From positions 2,272,001 to 2,336,000 of the forward strand of contig CBDFJF010000001.1 in the NCBI GenBank assembly GCA_965248265.1: a stretch of DNA of 64,000 nt. Direction: 5' to 3'. The notes under the pieces are model-generated. The model was not told the DNA's origin and made no database searches. It saw only the letters and a list, made by a program, of their open reading frames with translations. The translations under genes were made by a program, and so were the position numbers. This stretch comes from Candidatus Latescibacterota bacterium (GTDB taxonomy: Bacteria > Latescibacterota > UBA2968 > UBA8231). Shown piece after piece: positions 59,803 through 64,000 of this stretch (positions are counted from its first letter, which is position 1; every line of letters begins with the position of its first letter).

Positions 59803-60591
59803 ATCAGACCGAACAAGCTTCGTGAAATGATGAAGGCGGGAACCCCGACCATGGGCACCCACATCCATGCCACCTGGCCGACGGTGACCGAAATCGTCGG
59901 TCATACCGGGGTCTTCGACTACGTCGAGTTCGTCGAGGAGTACGGCCCCTGGGATCTGTTCGCCTTCGACGACATGTGCCGGGCCGCCGAGTTGCACAAG
60001 CTCGGGTCGATGATCAAGGTGGAAGCAGAGGCGCGCGGCTTCATCGCCCAACGAGCCATTGGCTCGGGTTTCGAGAGTGTGTTGTTTTCGGATTGCCGTT
60101 CCGCTGAAGAAGCCCGGGAATGCGTCAACATTTGCCGCGCCGACACGGGCGAGGGTGGGGGCACCTATGGCGTTGCCACGCGGCGCTTCACCTACATGGG
60201 GTACGGAGGCGCCGCCGAGTACGTCGACATGGTAAACGACACCGTCGTCGTGCTGATGATTGAAAAGGCCGGAGCCGTCGAAGAGCTCGATGAGATCCTC
60301 GCCATCGATGGTGTCGACATGATCCAATGGGGGCCGGGCGATTATTCCATGAACACGGGCCGGGCCGGCCAGTACGCCTCACCAGAGATCAAAGCGGTCG
60401 AGCGCGATGTCATCGCCAAGGCCTTGGCCGCCGGCGTACATCCACGCGCCGAGATCAGCACGCCCGACGACGCCAAGTACTACCTCGATCTCGGGGTACG
60501 CCACTTCTGCATGGAAACGGATATCATGATCCTTTTCAACTGGCTCAAGACCAACGGCGAAGAACTCAAAAAAGCACTCGACGGATTATAG
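59803..60591 (+). CDS. HpcH/HpaI aldolase family protein (probable ATC start; first ATG at 59827)
   Basis: MIEK..AV and GPGDYS motifs; AGGAGG 8 nt upstream of an in-frame ATC. Confidence 0.85.
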   Translation: MRPNKLREMMKAGTPTMGTHIHATWPTVTEIVGHTGVFDYVEFVEEYGPWDLFAFDDMCRAAELHKLGSMIKVEAEARGFIAQRAIGSGFESVLFSDCRSAEEARECVNICRADTGEGGGTYGVATRRFTYMGYGGAAEYVDMVNDTVVVLMIEKAGAVEELDEILAIDGVDMIQWGPGDYSMNTGRAGQYASPEIKAVERDVIAKALAAGVHPRAEISTPDDAKYYLDLGVRHFCMETDIMILFNWLKTNGEELKKALDGL

Positions 60592-60685
60592 AAGCTCGTT
60601 GATAGACGGGTTGCTCCGCGCGGACGCACCGACGCCAATGTCTGATTAACCCCAACCAGCGTATGAGCAGGGCGAGTGAGGCCGA

Positions 60686-61720
60686 ATGAACGAAATCGCG
60701 ACCAGAAAAGTCGGCAAATCAAATCAGTCCGTTACCGAGCTGGGTTTCGGTACAGCCCCGCTTGGAGACCTGTTCGTCCACATCCCTGAAGTGGATGCCC
60801 AGCAGATCCTGCAGGCGGCCTGGGATGGCGGCATCCGTTACTACGACACATCACCGTTCTACGGCTATGGCAAGTCCGAGCACCGGCTGGGCACCTTTCT
60901 CCGGCAACAGCCGCGGGACGAATTCGTTGTCTCAACCAAAGTCGGCCGCGTGTTCCGGGCGCCAGCAGACCCACGCCAGGTCGATCCCACCTTCTGGGCT
61001 GATCCGCTGCCGTTCGATTTCTCCTTCGACTACAGCTACGATGGCATCATGCGGTCCTTCGAGGACAGTCTGCAACGGCTCAGCCTGAACCGCGTCGACA
61101 TGTTGCTGATCCACGATCTCGATGACCTGTTCCATCTATCAGAAGAAGCCATCGCCGCCTGCCTGGCGCAGCTCTACAGCAGTGGTTGGCGCGCCCTGGA
61201 TGAGATGCGACGTGGTGGCGTCATTCAGGCCATCGGCGCCGGCATCAATCGCGCCCACATGATGCCGCGTTTTCTGGATCTCGTCGACCTCGACTTCTTC
61301 ATCGTGGCGATGCCCTATACCCTGCTCGATCAGGAGGTACTGGATGGGATTTTTCCACGCTGCCAGGAAGAGAACGTCGGCGTTGTCGTGGGTGCTCCCT
61401 TCGCCTCGGGCATCCTTGCCACAGGCCCGACTGCGGATGCGCGTTATGCCTACGAACCGGCAACCGAAGACATCCTGGAGAAAACACGCCGGATCCAGAC
61501 GCTATGCCAGCGGCACGACACACCCCTGGCTGCAGCGGCCCTGCAATTCCCACTTGCCCACCCGTTGGTCGCGGCGATCATTCCGGGCGCGCTGGAGGCC
61601 GGGCACGTAACTGCCAATGTGGACTGGGTCGACCGCGAGATCCCGAGTGCCCTGTGGTCGGAGCTGAAATCGGAGGGATTGATCCGGGAGGATGCGCCCT
61701 CGCCGAAACTGGGCGTGTGA
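60686..61720 (+). CDS. Aldo/keto reductase (D-threo-aldose/L-fucose dehydrogenase-like)
   Basis: DTSPFYGYGKSE, STKVGR and FDYSYDG..RS.E.SLQRL motifs. Confidence 0.88.
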   Translation: MNEIATRKVGKSNQSVTELGFGTAPLGDLFVHIPEVDAQQILQAAWDGGIRYYDTSPFYGYGKSEHRLGTFLRQQPRDEFVVSTKVGRVFRAPADPRQVDPTFWADPLPFDFSFDYSYDGIMRSFEDSLQRLSLNRVDMLLIHDLDDLFHLSEEAIAACLAQLYSSGWRALDEMRRGGVIQAIGAGINRAHMMPRFLDLVDLDFFIVAMPYTLLDQEVLDGIFPRCQEENVGVVVGAPFASGILATGPTADARYAYEPATEDILEKTRRIQTLCQRHDTPLAAAALQFPLAHPLVAAIIPGALEAGHVTANVDWVDREIPSALWSELKSEGLIREDAPSPKLGV

Positions 61721-61730
61721 GCGTGCCGCT

Positions 61731-62342
61731 TCAGCCCAAAAGCAAGAACGCGGCGAACATCGACAGCCACACCAATTCCAGAAAATGCCAGTACGTAGCG
61801 CACCCGCGCACGTCATACAGGTGCCGCGATGTCATCTGATGTTTCCAGGCCTGTACGGCTAACATGTTCAGGGGAATCAGGCCGCCAATGATGTGAGCTG
61901 CGTGGATCAGCATCAGCACCAGGGTCAGACCGTAGACGCCAATGTCATGGGTCTGCAAAGCTTCGTTGTGCTGTCCCAACAGCTGGGACATGGCCGCTGC
62001 TTGGGTGATCACGAACGCGATTGACAGACCTGAAGCTGCCAGCAATGCTCTCCGTTGGTCAATGAAACCCCACCTTCCTCGTTGCGCCGCCACTTCGATG
62101 GCAATGCCGGCGAACAACAACAGCAGAGTGGAAAACCAGGAGATCGCCGGCAAACTGGCCGCCGATTGGCCTATCGAGGGGGGTCGCGACAGACTGGTCA
62201 ACACATAGACCACCATGCTGCCGGTGAAAAACACGCCGAGAGATACCAAGAAAAGACGCAGGCCGAAACGGCGCATGGTAGTCGTCCGCGGAAGCTGTAC
62301 TGCCTCGTCCCAAGCTTCATCGTGTAGGCTTGATTTCTTCAC
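61731..62342 (-). CDS. Haem-copper oxidase subunit III family protein
   Basis: [17 protein letters not shown] and YWHFLELVW motifs. Confidence 0.85.
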   Translation of the reverse strand: MKKSSLHDEAWDEAVQLPRTTTMRRFGLRLFLVSLGVFFTGSMVVYVLTSLSRPPSIGQSAASLPAISWFSTLLLLFAGIAIEVAAQRGRWGFIDQRRALLAASGLSIAFVITQAAAMSQLLGQHNEALQTHDIGVYGLTLVLMLIHAAHIIGGLIPLNMLAVQAWKHQMTSRHLYDVRGCATYWHFLELVWLSMFAAFLLLG

Positions 62343-62416
62343 CTGGCCATCCCAAGTTCACAGTACGTGTCACTGAAATCTATCGGGGTGTCATGACAAT
62401 AGAGAGAGATAGAGCA

Positions 62417-62887
62417 ATGGCCATAGAAAAAGCAACCTTCGCCGCCGGGTGCTTCTGGGGTGTTGAGACCACCTTCCGGCAACTCGACGGGGTAACCGAT
62501 GCCGTCGTCGGCTATACCGGTGGCACCAGCCCGGACCCGACCTACCAGATGGTCTGCACCGGCCGCACGGGGCATGCCGAGGCAGTCCAGGTGGAGTATG
62601 ACAGCGAGCGCATCAGCTACGACCAGCTGGTCGAGGCCTTCTGGGCAGCGCATGATCCCACCACGGCCGATCGGCAGGGCCCGGACATAGGGACACAATA
62701 CCGCTCCGCCATTTTCTGTCACAGTCCCGAACAGGAAGAGGCCGCCACGGCTGCCAGAGCCAACATGGATAGCTCAGGCCGCTTCGCCCGTCCGATCGTC
62801 ACGCAGATCCTACCGGCCACACAGTTCTATCCGGCCGAAGACTACCACCAGCGCTACTTCGAGAAACGCGGAATCGTTCATCACTAG
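62417..62887 (+). CDS. msrA: Peptide methionine sulfoxide reductase A
   Basis: GCFWG, GHAE, QYRSAIF and AEDYHQRY motifs. Confidence 0.96.
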   Translation: MAIEKATFAAGCFWGVETTFRQLDGVTDAVVGYTGGTSPDPTYQMVCTGRTGHAEAVQVEYDSERISYDQLVEAFWAAHDPTTADRQGPDIGTQYRSAIFCHSPEQEEAATAARANMDSSGRFARPIVTQILPATQFYPAEDYHQRYFEKRGIVHH

Positions 62888-62916
62888 AGGATGACGGCCT
62901 AGGGTAGGGAGGAGCC

Positions 62917-63080
62917 AGTGTCCTGTCTCAGAAATAGGTTGACGAAATTCGGCCGGCGAGGCGCGCTGCTCGCAAGGCGCCTGAACGAGTCGTACTGGCG
63001 GAGTACGGCGAGCGAAGGCAACACAGCGAGCAGGGATGGATCGGCGGAGGAATGTCGACATATTTCTGAGACAGGACACT
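62917..63080. mobile_element. MITE (164 bp) with perfect 20-bp terminal inverted repeats
   Basis: AGTGTCCTGTCTCAGAAATA (62917-62936) and TATTTCTGAGACAGGACACT (63061-63080); nested internal palindromes. Confidence 0.8.
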
Positions 63081-63086
63081 AGGTCG

Positions 63087-63371
63087 ATGGGAATCTTGCA
63101 GCGTCTGTTCGGTAAGGTACCCGCGAAACCACCTGTAGTTGACGGCGACCTTCTCGACGGAATCGACGACGAAGGGCTGGGGGCAGTCGCCGTCACCGAC
63201 CTGAGCGTCAAATCCTCACCCAAGCAGGTTTGCCGCTACATCTTTCAACAAATGGTGGCCGGACGGTCCGCCGCGCAGCTTCAGACCGAGCTCCAGGAAC
63301 GCGGTTTCAAGGCCAAGGTCGCCGATACCTATATCCAGCTTATCCGTGTGACCATGTTCAAAGGTAGATGA
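63087..63371 (+). CDS. Hypothetical protein
   Basis: [10 protein letters not shown] start; host-like codon usage; lies just upstream of hemL. Confidence 0.6.
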   Translation: MGILQRLFGKVPAKPPVVDGDLLDGIDDEGLGAVAVTDLSVKSSPKQVCRYIFQQMVAGRSAAQLQTELQERGFKAKVADTYIQLIRVTMFKGR

Positions 63372-63394
63372 AGGAGGAGGAGCGCTCTCCGATA

Positions 63395-64000
63395 ATGAAA
63401 GATTCGCAAGCCGCACGTCAGCAGTCGCGAGCACTCTACGAACGCGCCACACAGCGCATCCCGGGTGGCGTCAACAGTCCGGTACGTGCGTTCAAAGCGG
63501 TGGGCGGAGATCCACTGTTCATCCAGGAGGCGGAGGGCGCCTTCGTCACCGATGCCGACGGGAATCGGTTCATCGACTACGTCGGCTCCTGGGGGCCGAT
63601 GGTTCTCGGGCACCGCCCACCCGTCGTCATCGAAGCCCTGCACCAGGTGTTGAGCCGAGGAACCAGTTTCGGTGCACCGACGGATATCGAGGTCGAGCTC
63701 GCCGAACTCATCACCCAGACCGTCCCCTCGGTCGAGATGGTGAGGATGGTCAACTCCGGAACGGAAGCGGCGATGACGGCGATCCGCCTGGCTCGAGGAT
63801 TCACCAAGCGCGATCACATCATCAAGTTCAACGGTTGCTATCACGGACATTCGGACAGCTTGTTGGTGGCCGCCGGCAGTGGCGTCGCCACCTTCGGCAT
63901 CGCCGGCAGCCCCGGTATCCCAGAAAGTGTAGCCCGCCTGACGTCCAGTATCGAGTTCAATGATGTTGCTCTGTTAGAACAGACCATCGATTCGATCGGA
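63395..64000 (+). CDS. hemL: Glutamate-1-semialdehyde 2,1-aminomutase (3' end outside window)
   Basis: Manual translation gives [27 protein letters not shown] and GCYHGHSD. Confidence 0.95.
   Translation, partial: MKDSQAARQQSRALYERATQRIPGGVNSPVRAFKAVGGDPLFIQEAEGAFVTDADGNRFIDYVGSWGPMVLGHRPPVVIEALHQVLSRGTSFGAPTDIEVELAELITQTVPSVEMVRMVNSGTEAAMTAIRLARGFTKRDHIIKFNGCYHGHSDSLLVAAGSGVATFGIAGSPGIPESVARLTSSIEFNDVALLEQTIDSIG

Overview
GC-rich bacterial chromosomal window. FlgD-type C-terminal domains, a PorV-like barrel and 'TWGxxK' tails suggest an FCB-associated lineage such as Latescibacterota; this is inference only. Layout: (1) 1-11722 is a surface/signalling locus: Ig-repeat protein with FlgD-like C-terminal domain, FG-GAP protein, PorV-like barrel fused to a transglutaminase-like Cys-His-Glu domain and TPRs, three CRP-like boxes, a secreted TPR protein, and a CHASE2 adenylate cyclase. 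This is the best candidate for an undescribed system. (2) cpoB-hypothetical-bamD-nadD-thrC. (3) A ~10.2 kb island without an integrase, inserted in tRNA-Arg(ACG) with a 49-bp att duplication. It carries IS3 and IS481 elements, TIMP-like secreted proteins and an IS-split tail-fibre-like adhesin, and is followed by tRNA-Arg(UCG). (4) Housekeeping, metal-uptake and catabolic genes: TonB receptor, fba/fbp, DHOR plus porin, rpsU, rnd, proA, htpG, ddl, a hydantoinase/carbamoylase cluster, gmd, SulP, pgl, msrA and hemL. This part also holds a solitary integron-cassette-like glycosidase gene, a 40-bp repeat of the fbp 3' end, a probable ATC start codon and a MITE. All product calls come from motif recognition by eye; no database searches were run.
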